A stretch of DNA of 64,000 nt from positions 1 through 64,000 of the forward strand of contig CAVXGR010000006.1 of assembly GCA_963761335.1 (NCBI GenBank), written 5' to 3'. The translations under genes were made by a program, and so were the position numbers. Below are positions 1 to 8,831 of the stretch, in pieces (position 1 is the stretch's first letter; the number at the start of each line of letters is the position of its first letter). The notes beneath the pieces are model-generated. The model was not told the origin of the DNA. It did not search any database and saw only the letters and a list, made by a program, of their open reading frames with translations. Source of the stretch: an uncultured delta proteobacterium. GTDB lineage: Bacteria; Desulfobacterota; Binatia; HRBIN30; BPIQ01.

Positions 1-2601
1 GATCCGCGCCGCCGCCTCCAGACCGTCCATGACCGGCATCTGCACGTCCATCAGCACCAGGTCGATGGGCTGGCGCTCGAGCGCGTCGAGCGCTTCGGCG
101 CCGTTGACGGCCAGCACCACGGTGTGCCCCCGGTTGCGGAGCAGACAGAGGCCGAGCTCCTGGTGCACCGGGTCGTCCTCGGCCAGCAGGATGCGCAGCG
201 CCCGATCGGGAGAGGAAGCGGACCGTGGCGCAGAGCGCGCCGCAGGGCTGGCCAGCTCCGGCGGCACGTCGCTCGCGTCGGGCGGGACGCGCAAGCGCAC
301 CGTGAAGTGAAACGTGCTGCCCCGGTCCACGGAGCTCTCCACCCATATGCGCCCGCCCATCATCTCGACCAGCCGCGCGGAGATGGTGAGTCCCAGCCCG
401 GAGCCGCCGTAGCGGTGCGTGATCGACCCGTCGGCTTGCGCGAACGCGGCAAAGATCTGCGCCTGCTTCTCTGGCGGAATGCCGATGCCGGTGTCGCGGA
501 CGGAGAAGTGCAACTCCTTTCCGGGTTGCGGATTGCGAAGTTCTGGTTTCTCCTTTGTGGCCGAATCCGCACTCGGCATTTTGCCTTCCGCCATTTCCAC
601 CGCGACCGCCACCTCGCCCTGGTGGGCGAACTTGATGGCATTCCCAACGATGTTCACGATCACCTGCCGTAGGCGATCGAGGTCACCGACGACGATCGCG
701 GGCGCCTCCGGCGCAACCGTGAGACGAAGGTCGAGCCCCTTCTGGTGCGCCTGCAGAGCCATCGCCTCGAGGGTGGCACCCAGATCGCGGCGCAGGTCGA
801 ATGGCCGAGCCTCGATGCTCAGGTAGCCAGCCTCGATCTTCGAAAAGTCGAGGATGTCGTTGATGACGTGCAGCAGGTGCGCGGCGCTCGATTTCACCAT
901 GCCCAGATGGGCGCGCTGCTGTGGGGTCAAGCCCGTGCTGAGGATCAGATCGGTCATGCCGATGATGCCGTTCATCGGCGTGCGGATCTCGTGGCTCATG
1001 GTTGCCAAGAAGCTGGACGTCGTCTGTGCCGTGGCTTCGGCCGCCGCCCGCGCCCGCCGCAGCTCGACCTCGATGCCCTTGCGCGTCGTAATGTCCCGGG
1101 CAACCGCTTGAAAGCCCAGCACCGCGCTCTCTTCGATCAGCATCTGGACGCTCTGGCCGAGCCAGAGCTCGCGGCCGTCGGCGGCGACCACGGCAAGCTC
1201 ATGGTAGGTCGACGGAACGCGCCTGCGGACCTGGCTCGCATAGAAGCGCGCCGTGGTGTCGCGATCCACGGGTCGCACAAATTCCAGATAGTGCCTGCCG
1301 ATGAGCTGCTCCCGGGGTTGGCCGAGGATTGAGGATGCGGCCGGGTTGCAGAAGGTGACTCGACCCATCGCGTCGGTGCGGTAGATGATGTCGGTCGCAA
1401 TATCGATGATCTCTCGATTGCGCTCCTCGCTCTCCTGCAGTGCCGTCTCGATGCGCTGGCGCATGACCAGCCCGGCGAGCGTGTTCGCCACCGCCTCGAG
1501 GAAGGCTACCTCACGGTCGTCGCGGACGTGGTCTTCGTCGAAGTCCAACACGAGAACACCGAGCGCCACGCCACGATCCACGATCGGAACGTTGTAGTGA
1601 TCGTGGCCGGTCAAGTCGGACAACCGATTCTCGTGTCGTTCGTCCACGCAGGCGGCAAATTCCGTGCGTCCGCTCGCGGCGGCCCGCCCGCACAGACAGC
1701 GTCCGAACGGCACCCGGCCGCATTGACGAAGCTCCGTACTGAGGCCGCGGGATGCCTTGAGCACGAGCACGTTGGGCTCGTGCTCTACCAGAAACACGCC
1801 ACCGCGGCGTAGTGTCGGCAGCCAGGCGAGCCCGAGCACGATGTCGAGGGTGTCTTCCAGCTGTCGCTCCAGGGGCATGTTCCGCAGCGCCACCTGCAGG
1901 AGCCTGTTGCCGGCTTCTTGCACTTGCTGGCTGCGCTGAAGCTTGTGCCGCAGACGGGTCATGTTCGCGAGGCTGCGAACCCGCAAGCGCTGGATGACGA
2001 AGGCAACCACGGCAAAGACTGTCACGACGGCCGTCAGAAAGGGCCACGGCTTGGCGAACGACGGAATCGCGAACATCATCGTCAGCGCCCAGCCGACGAG
2101 ACAGAACGCCAGGAAGGCGCTGAACCAGCGCATGGAGAAGAACAGCAGCGAGGCCATCAGCACGACACCGACCACCGGCAGGGTGTGCAGGGGATCGGCC
2201 GTGATCGCCACGCGCCACAGCGCGTTGGCGGCGGCGATCACGGCGACCGCGGTGAAGAGCGCATGGATACGCCCACCTCGTGGCGTGCCGAAGCGCCAGA
2301 CCGAAACAGAAACAGCGGCCAAGACGAGGGCGGTCAAGGCCGCCGCCGCGCCCAGCGGCCTGCCGCCAGCGAGCCGCAGCCACTCCACGGGCGCGATGCA
2401 CGCGTACACGGCGATGGCGACCGCGAGGGTTGGGCGCAGGTAGAGCTCGGCGGCGCCGGCGAGCTCCGCCGAGACTTCTCGCTCGGTCGTCTGGCGCGCC
2501 GCTGTGGCCGCCGGACCGGAGTGCCTGGCGCTCACCCGAGAATCGGGCGATGATCGGCTGGCGTTCAGCCCTGGTGTTGACCCGTTTGGCTCGGCGTACA
2601 T
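1..2601 (-). CDS. Membrane hybrid sensor histidine kinase (TM-GAF-PAS-HisKA-HATPase-REC), 3' end runs off the window
   Basis: Not in the ORF track because it has no stop inside the window. Manual translation from ATG 2601 gives hydrophobic helices, H-box FLATMSHEIRTPMNGIIGMT, NIVGNAIKF, DTGIGI, GGSGLGLTIS and receiver LVLMDVQMPVMDGLEAA at the left edge, all in one frame. Confidence 0.9.
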   Translation of the reverse strand, partial: MYAEPNGSTPGLNASRSSPDSRVSARHSGPAATAARQTTEREVSAELAGAAELYLRPTLAVAIAVYACIAPVEWLRLAGGRPLGAAAALTALVLAAVSVSVWRFGTPRGGRIHALFTAVAVIAAANALWRVAITADPLHTLPVVGVVLMASLLFFSMRWFSAFLAFCLVGWALTMMFAIPSFAKPWPFLTAVVTVFAVVAFVIQRLRVRSLANMTRLRHKLQRSQQVQEAGNRLLQVALRNMPLERQLEDTLDIVLGLAWLPTLRRGGVFLVEHEPNVLVLKASRGLSTELRQCGRVPFGRCLCGRAAASGRTEFAACVDERHENRLSDLTGHDHYNVPIVDRGVALGVLVLDFDEDHVRDDREVAFLEAVANTLAGLVMRQRIETALQESEERNREIIDIATDIIYRTDAMGRVTFCNPAASSILGQPREQLIGRHYLEFVRPVDRDTTARFYASQVRRRVPSTYHELAVVAADGRELWLGQSVQMLIEESAVLGFQAVARDITTRKGIEVELRRARAAAEATAQTTSSFLATMSHEIRTPMNGIIGMTDLILSTGLTPQQRAHLGMVKSSAAHLLHVINDILDFSKIEAGYLSIEARPFDLRRDLGATLEAMALQAHQKGLDLRLTVAPEAPAIVVGDLDRLRQVIVNIVGNAIKFAHQGEVAVAVEMAEGKMPSADSATKEKPELRNPQPGKELHFSVRDTGIGIPPEKQAQIFAAFAQADGSITHRYGGSGLGLTISARLVEMMGGRIWVESSVDRGSTFHFTVRLRVPPDASDVPPELASPAARSAPRSASSPDRALRILLAEDDPVHQELGLCLLRNRGHTVVLAVNGAEALDALERQPIDLVLMDVQMPVMDGLEAAARI

Positions 2602-2605
2602 GGCT

Positions 2606-3256
2606 CTACCCATCAGTCACGCGGGCCGCCCGCAGCTCCGCGCCGGTCCCGGTGGCGGGGGGCGCGCGGAAGCTGGCTCCATACGCCCGTTCGAGGATCC
2701 GTTTGACGCGGGCCAGCAAGTCGGGTGCGCTGAGGGGCTTGCGGATATAGTCGTCGGTGCCGGCGCGAAACCCCCGTTCGCAGTTGGTATCGTCGGCGAG
2801 CGCCGTGAGCATGATGATGGGAATGGATGCCGTGCGGACATCGGCACGCAGGCGGGTGCAGACCTCGAAGCCGTCGATGTCGGGCATCATGACGTCGAGC
2901 AGGATCAGGTGTGGCGGGTTGGCCTGCGCCCGGTCGAGGGCTTCTTGGCCGTTTGCGGCAGTCGTTGTCGACAAGGGCAACTCCGCATTTTCGAGCGTAA
3001 AGGCGATCATCTCGCGTTGGTCTTCCTGGTCGTCCACGACCAGAACCCGAAAGTTCTGGGGGGAAGGCGGCGCCGCGGTCACCGCCGGTGCGTCATCCGC
3101 GGCGGTGTGCGCTGGCGCGCTGGTAGTGCCGGCACAGACGCGAGTGGCGGCGTGCTCGGCGAGCAACTGCATGCCTTCCTCGGCCGCCTGCATACGCAGG
3201 GCGCTCTCGGAAGCCCGCGCTTCAATCCGCTTGGTGATCGCCGGAGAAATCGTCAT
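2606..3256 (-). CDS. Response-regulator receiver domain preceded by the extreme C-terminus of a PilB/GspE-type ATPase
   Basis: RVLVVDD...LILLDVMMPDIDGFEVC...IIMLTA...DYIRKP. The N-terminal MTISPAITKRIEARASESALRMQAAEEGMQLLAEHAATRVCAGTTS resembles the PilB/GspE tail. Confidence 0.75.
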   Translation of the reverse strand: MTISPAITKRIEARASESALRMQAAEEGMQLLAEHAATRVCAGTTSAPAHTAADDAPAVTAAPPSPQNFRVLVVDDQEDQREMIAFTLENAELPLSTTTAANGQEALDRAQANPPHLILLDVMMPDIDGFEVCTRLRADVRTASIPIIMLTALADDTNCERGFRAGTDDYIRKPLSAPDLLARVKRILERAYGASFRAPPATGTGAELRAARVTDG

Positions 3257-3560
3257 GACCTCGAAGACGCCGATGCGTCCTGCATAGCCCGATCTGTGGC
3301 GCGCCGGGCAGCCGCGGCCACGAGGGAACGGCTGCTCGCGCGCATCGATTTGCAGCTTGCGCAGCGCTTCCGGATCCGGGTCGTAGGGGCCTCCGCACAG
3401 GGTGCACGACCAGCCAATCGATGGCGGAGAGGCGGGTGCCGTTCGCCGTCCGGGCGGCCTCGGCGCTGTGCCCGACGTCAGCGGCGATCAGCCCTGCCCG
3501 AGCCAGAAACCTCAGGAGGGCCACGTCGCCGGTGTGATCCTTTGGCGAAGGACGGTCCAT
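2606..3560 (-). pseudogene. Internally deleted, frameshifted PilB/GspE-family ATPase::REC fusion remnant
   Basis: AGGAGA-ATG at 3560 starts MDRPSPKDHTGDVALLRFLARAGLI...IDWLV. A different frame reads CTLCGGPYDPD...RGRGCPARHRSGYAGRIGVFEVMTI. No Walker A/B core lies between them. Confidence 0.65.
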
Positions 3561-3866
3561 TCTCCTGGAGCTGCAACAAGGCAAATGACAGGCCAACAGG
3601 CGAAACGCCATGCGGTGACGGTTAGCGCCGTTCCCTCCGCGGCACTTCCGCACCGAAATCGGGGAATCAATCGGATCGGGGAATCACTTGGATGGATAAC
3701 GACTGCGCCCTCGCCCTGGTGCAGTCGACCGGGGCGCGCTCCTACGAGCCGCAGATTTGCGTCGAGCGTGCCCAGCCCGCTGACCTGCGGGCCGACCACG
3801 CAGGCCGCATAGAGACCCGATTTGACGTAAGCCCGGTGTATCAAACGCTCCCGGGAGCTCGGCCGC

Positions 3867-4415
3867 CTACGTCGCGATCTCGCCCTTGCTCGCAACCGGC
3901 ACCGTCGTCGCCGTCAAGCGCGCGATGGCCTGAAGCAGTTGGGGTATCTGGATCGGCTTGGCGACGTAGCCGTCCATCCCCGCTTGCAGACAGCGCTTCT
4001 CGTCACCCGTCATCGCGTGTGCGGTCATGGCCACGATGGGAATGTGGTGCCCGGTCGTCTTCTCGCGCTCGCGGATTGCCGCGGTCGCTTCGAAGCCGTC
4101 CATCTCCGGCATTTGCACGTCTATGAGCACCAGGTCGAACGGCTCGCGCTCCAGCGCCGCCAGCGCCTCCTTGCCGGTCGCCGCCACCACGGTGGTATGC
4201 CCGCGCTTTTCGAGCAGGCGCACCGTCAGCCGCTGGCTGACGGCGTTGTCCTCGGCCAGCAAGACGCGCAGAGGTCGCGTCCGGGGAACCGAGGGTGCCG
4301 CAGCTGGCGACGGCTCCGGTGGAGCGGCGGCCTTCATCCGGCTGCGACCCAGCTGCGCCGTGAAGTGGAACGTGCTACCCATTCCGGGCTCACTCTCGAC
4401 CCACAGCTTCCCCCC
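3867..4415 (-). pseudogene. 3' remnant of a hybrid histidine kinase (end of HATPase plus intact REC)
   Basis: The frame reads GGKLWVESEPGMGSTFHFTAQL then RVLLAEDN...LVLIDVQMPEMDGFEAT...MTAHAM...YVAKP. Kinase similarity stops abruptly near 4415. Confidence 0.7.
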
Positions 4416-4678
4416 GCAAAATGACCGCCCGTAGTAGCTTTTCCCGCGACCCGAGCTCCAGGGCCAGCGCGCGGGTAAAGCCGAGGATCCCGGCCTTCGG
4501 GGCGCATCGTCGTAGTTCTTGCCCCGTTCCCGTCGCTCTCAGACGATCTCGGCCCGGAGAGCGGTTCTCCGGCGCGGCTGCCGCGGTCGTTTGCCCGAGC
4601 CGCCCGAAAGAGCCTACTTCTGATCCGTGTCACCGCGGTGGAGAGGAGCCTCGCCGATCGAGTTGGTGGAATCCGGAT

Positions 4679-6355
4679 TTGCGCGCGCAAACAAACACGC
4701 AGCTCTTCAATCAGCTACAGCAGGACGGGTACTCGAAGGCCGAGCTGACCCTCGTCGTTCAAGCGTTCGAGCTCGCCAGACGGATCTTTTCCGGTTACTA
4801 CGTCGAGTCCGGCAAGATGCAGATCGATCACGTGATCGGCACCGCCAGCATCCTGGGCTCCCTACGCACTCCGGCCGCGGTGGTTGCTGCCGGCCTCATT
4901 CACAACGCGTATAACACGGGCGATTTCGGCCTGGCGCAACGGGGAATCTCCAAGGCGAAGCGCCGCTGCATTCAACGTGCGGTTGGCGAAGAGGTCGAGC
5001 TCTACGTTCGTGGCTTTGCCGCTCTGCCTTGGAATTCGCGGGCCATCGGAAACATCCGTGCATCGCTCGATCAGCTCGGCTCCGTCGATCGCGTCGCGCT
5101 GTTGCTGCGCCTCGCAGACATGCTGGAGCACCATCGCGACCTGGCTGGTCACTACTATCATTCGAACGCCGAGGCGTGCCGGAAGTACATCCGAGAGAAT
5201 GGCTCGCACATGGTGGACATCGCCAATCGGCTCGGTCATCCGAGCTTGGCCGGCGAGCTCGCCCAGGTGTTCGCCGACACGGCAGCGGTCGTTGCGCCGC
5301 CAGCATTCCATCGTCCGGGCCCGGCTTCCCGCGGCCCCACTCCGCCCAGATCCTACCGCAGAAGGATTCGAGTCGTCGTCGGTTACACACTGGCGCGCGG
5401 CATCGACAAGGTGCGCTCGAAGCTTCCCTTGCGAGCGCGATATCGCCAACTCATCCGGTTTCTTCACCCCGCCTCGATCTCGAACGAAACCGCTCCTGAA
5501 ATCATGCACCCCAGGGCGACGCGGCTTCCGGGCGCATCGACAGACGGAATCGAGCGTTGTTCGAATCCTCGGATCAGCCGGTTTCCCCCGGCGCACTCCT
5601 ACGCTCAAACTCGCGTTCAGCTCCTTCGTCAACTCGAGCGCGAGCGATACGCGGCGTCCGACCTAGATCTCGTTGCCGATGCCTACGAGCTGGCCATGGT
5701 GCTGTTCACCGGCCTCTTTCAACCCTCGCGCAAGACGCTCATCGCCCATCTCGTCGGCACCGCGAGCATTCTGGCGTCTCTCCACGCCCGCGCCGAGCTG
5801 GTTGCCGCAGGTCTGATGCATTCGGCGTATGAGCACGGCGATTTCGGATCCGGGACGAAGGGAATCACGGCTTCTCACCGCGAACAGGTGCGAGGCGCGG
5901 TCGGTCCAAGAGCCGAGGAGTACGTCGCCCGATACCACATCTTCGACTGGAAACCAGAAACCATCGATGCGATTGGCGAAAGGATCGCCGGCCTCGACCC
6001 AGTGGACCGCGAAGTGATCCTCATGCGGCTGGCCAACGATCTCGAAGAGCTCCTGGATCTCGACCCCCTCTATCGCCCCCATGGAACGGACCAAGCCGGG
6101 CGCTGTCAGACGATGGGCCAGAGGGCGGTCCCCCTGGCCAGGGTCCTCGGGAGTCCGCCTCTGGCTGCCGAGCTGGGTCGAGCACTGGAGGACCTTGCCG
6201 CGGCCGAGATCGCCGTGGAGCTTCGCAACCGAGCGGACTCGTCCGCCGTCGTCCTCATGGTGCCGCAGTCGACCTGCAGGCGTCTCTCACTCGTGGTTCG
6301 CCTTCCTGCGTACTCTCAATCGGACTGGCACAACCGCCGAAGCACGGCGAGGTAG
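4679..6355 (+). CDS. Protein with two tandem HD-like (DUF6817-like) domains; start uncertain (ORF open from 4421)
   Basis: Internal duplication: AQTNTQLFNQL...SGKMQIDHVIGTASIL...AAGLIHNAYNTGDFG and AQTRVQLLRQL...SRKTLIAHLVGTASIL...AAGLMHSAYEHGDFG. TTG at 4679 follows GGTGGA. Confidence 0.7.
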   Translation: MRAQTNTQLFNQLQQDGYSKAELTLVVQAFELARRIFSGYYVESGKMQIDHVIGTASILGSLRTPAAVVAAGLIHNAYNTGDFGLAQRGISKAKRRCIQRAVGEEVELYVRGFAALPWNSRAIGNIRASLDQLGSVDRVALLLRLADMLEHHRDLAGHYYHSNAEACRKYIRENGSHMVDIANRLGHPSLAGELAQVFADTAAVVAPPAFHRPGPASRGPTPPRSYRRRIRVVVGYTLARGIDKVRSKLPLRARYRQLIRFLHPASISNETAPEIMHPRATRLPGASTDGIERCSNPRISRFPPAHSYAQTRVQLLRQLERERYAASDLDLVADAYELAMVLFTGLFQPSRKTLIAHLVGTASILASLHARAELVAAGLMHSAYEHGDFGSGTKGITASHREQVRGAVGPRAEEYVARYHIFDWKPETIDAIGERIAGLDPVDREVILMRLANDLEELLDLDPLYRPHGTDQAGRCQTMGQRAVPLARVLGSPPLAAELGRALEDLAAAEIAVELRNRADSSAVVLMVPQSTCRRLSLVVRLPAYSQSDWHNRRSTAR

Positions 6356-7494
6356 CTCTCCAACATCCGCTCCGAAGAGAACTCCTCGATCCGCGTGCGC
6401 GCTCGGTCGGCGAGCAAGCGCATTTCGGCTGGGTGGCGGAGCGCATAACAGAGTCTCGCAAACATCCTGGCGGTGTCCTTGGCGGGAAAGATGAGGGCGT
6501 GAGCACCGTCCGACAGAACTTCGGGAATGCCGCCGGCGTCCGAGCACACGATCGGGACGCGGTGGACCATGGCTTCTCGAATCGAAGAGGAGCACCCGCC
6601 TTCGAGGTGGGAGGGAAAAACGAAGAGATCCGAGGCCCGGAGCAAGCGGTCGATATCGGCCCGGTACCCGAGAAAACGCACGTGCCGTTGGAGCCCTCGC
6701 TGTCGAACGAGCGCCTCGAGCGCCGTCCGCATCCCGCCATCTCCGGCCCAGAGGAAGACCGCGTCGCGAAACTCCTCGAGCACCTTGGGGACGATCTCCA
6801 GAAGATCCGTATGCCCTTTGGCCGGATCGAAGCGAGCCGTCGTCAGCAGTAACTTGGACCCGGCGGCGAGCTCGAGCTCCTCACGTACTTCCCGTCGCAG
6901 GGTCTCCGTCTCCATGCCGCTGGGCGCACCCACGATCTCGATGCCGTTGGCGAGAATACCGATCTCGTCGGTGCGCGTCCTGAAGATCGCTTCGAGGACC
7001 GCCAAGTTCTGCCGTGACACCGCCATCCAGCGCTGGCGGCGGCGCCGGGCCCACGCGAGCGCCTCGAGACGCCACCCCGACAGATCGATCTTCCCGGCCG
7101 TGGACTGGAAGACGGCAAGCATCGGAACACGGCAGAGGGCGCACGAGATGGACGGCACCAATATTTCTGCCGGCCCGCCAGCCGTCATCTGCACCACGTC
7201 CGGACGCACGGACCTGAGCAGGTTCCGCATTTGGAGGAAGCAGGCGACGGAACCTCCTCGGCCGCGCGTGAGCCGGCGTCCGATGCCCCGTCCATCTTCG
7301 AGAGGTTTCCACTCGAAGGGCAGATGGGAGACGCCCGCCGCCTCGCAGTCTCGAATCATCGAGACCGTACCCTCGGCTCGTGGAAACGCGGCAAGAACCT
7401 CCAGCCCACGTCGTGCGGCACCGCAGGCGACGCGCAGCATGTGGTTCTCGGCACCGTAGCGGTGCCTGCTGACGCGAATGGTCAATAGTCTCAC
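6316..7494 (-). CDS. Glycosyltransferase family 4 (GT-B)
   Basis: ARFDPAKGH, WAGDG, VRFLGYRADI...SDLFVFPSHLEGGCSSSIREAM...PIVCSDAGGIPEV. Confidence 0.9.
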   Translation of the reverse strand: MRLLTIRVSRHRYGAENHMLRVACGAARRGLEVLAAFPRAEGTVSMIRDCEAAGVSHLPFEWKPLEDGRGIGRRLTRGRGGSVACFLQMRNLLRSVRPDVVQMTAGGPAEILVPSISCALCRVPMLAVFQSTAGKIDLSGWRLEALAWARRRRQRWMAVSRQNLAVLEAIFRTRTDEIGILANGIEIVGAPSGMETETLRREVREELELAAGSKLLLTTARFDPAKGHTDLLEIVPKVLEEFRDAVFLWAGDGGMRTALEALVRQRGLQRHVRFLGYRADIDRLLRASDLFVFPSHLEGGCSSSIREAMVHRVPIVCSDAGGIPEVLSDGAHALIFPAKDTARMFARLCYALRHPAEMRLLADRARTRIEEFSSERMLESYLAVLRRLCQSD

Positions 7495-7510
7495 GAGGAT
7501 GGTCGATCGA

Positions 7511-8566
7511 CTAGGAGAGAATCCGGATCCAAGCCTTCATCGCCGGAATCAGAATCTCTAGATAACGTCGCAGGATCGTGCTGGTGCTCGCGCACTCGCG
7601 CTCCAGGATCTCGGCCATGTGCGCCATCATCGTCAGGTACCCGGATGGCGCGATCGCCGCGCGCGCCGTTTCGATGATCGAAAGGAACTCGTCGTTGACC
7701 AGATGGCTCAGGTGCTCCTGCCAGAGATTCCGCTCGTAAGAGCCCTCCTTCAGATGCCGGATCATCGGTGCGCCGACGGCCATGAGGTCGCCCTGGAGAT
7801 CCATCAGCGTCTTGAGGATGAAGCCGCCCCAGATGTCCCCGTAGCGATCGATCACCCACCCCGGCATCACCTCGACCTGCATCGGCAGCTGGTAGGCCGC
7901 CGGGATGACTTCGCGCCGGAACTGCATGTTTCCCGAGCAAATCGGTAGCAGCACGCCTTCCGGCACGACCACGGATTCATGATGCAACTGCGCGTCCGGG
8001 TAGCGGTAGCGGGGTCCGCGCAGCTTGTCGATGGCGTTTACATCGAACACCTCTCGCCAAAGGCCGAGATTGAAGGTCACTGTGCCCGCAGACGCGGAAG
8101 CGAACGTCCACGGTCGATAGTCCGCGCGGTTCGAGTAGGGAAAGCCGCGCGGAAAGAGGTTCGGCTCCACATTGCGATAGCAGTCGAGCACGTTGAAGTG
8201 ACTGCCCTCGCCTTGCGCCACGGGCCGCCGAGCATCGGAGAGGACGGCTTCCACGCGTCGGCCAAAATCCTCTTCCTCAATCCGCTCATCGTCGTCCAGC
8301 GCGATCACGATCTCGCCGGGCTCCGACTCGCGCCAGGCAACGTAGAAGCCAAAGTCGCGACACGCGCCGTTGCGGCGGGGAATGGCGATGGCGTCGCGCC
8401 CGAGCATTCGATCTCGGTCTCTCCAGCTGTAGGTCTCGAACTGCGGGTGATCGATGCGGATGCTCCCTTCGCTGTCGTCTACGACGATGAAGCGGGCACC
8501 GTACTCGATCAGCGGCCGAAGATACTCGAACGAAACGGACCGCGCCGTAGGGATGACGACGATCAT
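7511..8566 (-). CDS. Reversibly glycosylated polypeptide / UDP-arabinopyranose mutase-like protein (GT75-like)
   Basis: MIVVIPT, IVVDD, ACRDFGF, IALDDD, FPRGFPYSNR, NLGLW, PICSGNMQF and RYGDIWGG parallel the conserved blocks of the RGP/UAM family in the same order. Confidence 0.7.
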   Translation of the reverse strand: MIVVIPTARSVSFEYLRPLIEYGARFIVVDDSEGSIRIDHPQFETYSWRDRDRMLGRDAIAIPRRNGACRDFGFYVAWRESEPGEIVIALDDDERIEEEDFGRRVEAVLSDARRPVAQGEGSHFNVLDCYRNVEPNLFPRGFPYSNRADYRPWTFASASAGTVTFNLGLWREVFDVNAIDKLRGPRYRYPDAQLHHESVVVPEGVLLPICSGNMQFRREVIPAAYQLPMQVEVMPGWVIDRYGDIWGGFILKTLMDLQGDLMAVGAPMIRHLKEGSYERNLWQEHLSHLVNDEFLSIIETARAAIAPSGYLTMMAHMAEILERECASTSTILRRYLEILIPAMKAWIRILS

Positions 8567-8831
8567 GGGCGCCGGAATCCTACCTCCCGTGGCAAAGAAT
8601 GGCCACACACCGTTCGATGCCCTGGTGGAACAGCAGCGTGGAAACGAAGCCGGCCGCAGATGCCTTCACGTCGCGTCATGGCACGCTCCTCTCAGAATGG
8701 GCTTTGCCAGAATCCTTGCCCGCGTCGCCAGTCCGTGCCCTTACTGGGGTCTTGCCATCAGCACGCCGCACCCCGCACGCCTATCGAGAGAGCGGCCAGG
8801 TGCCAAGGTGCAGAACTCGGAGGAGACTGCG

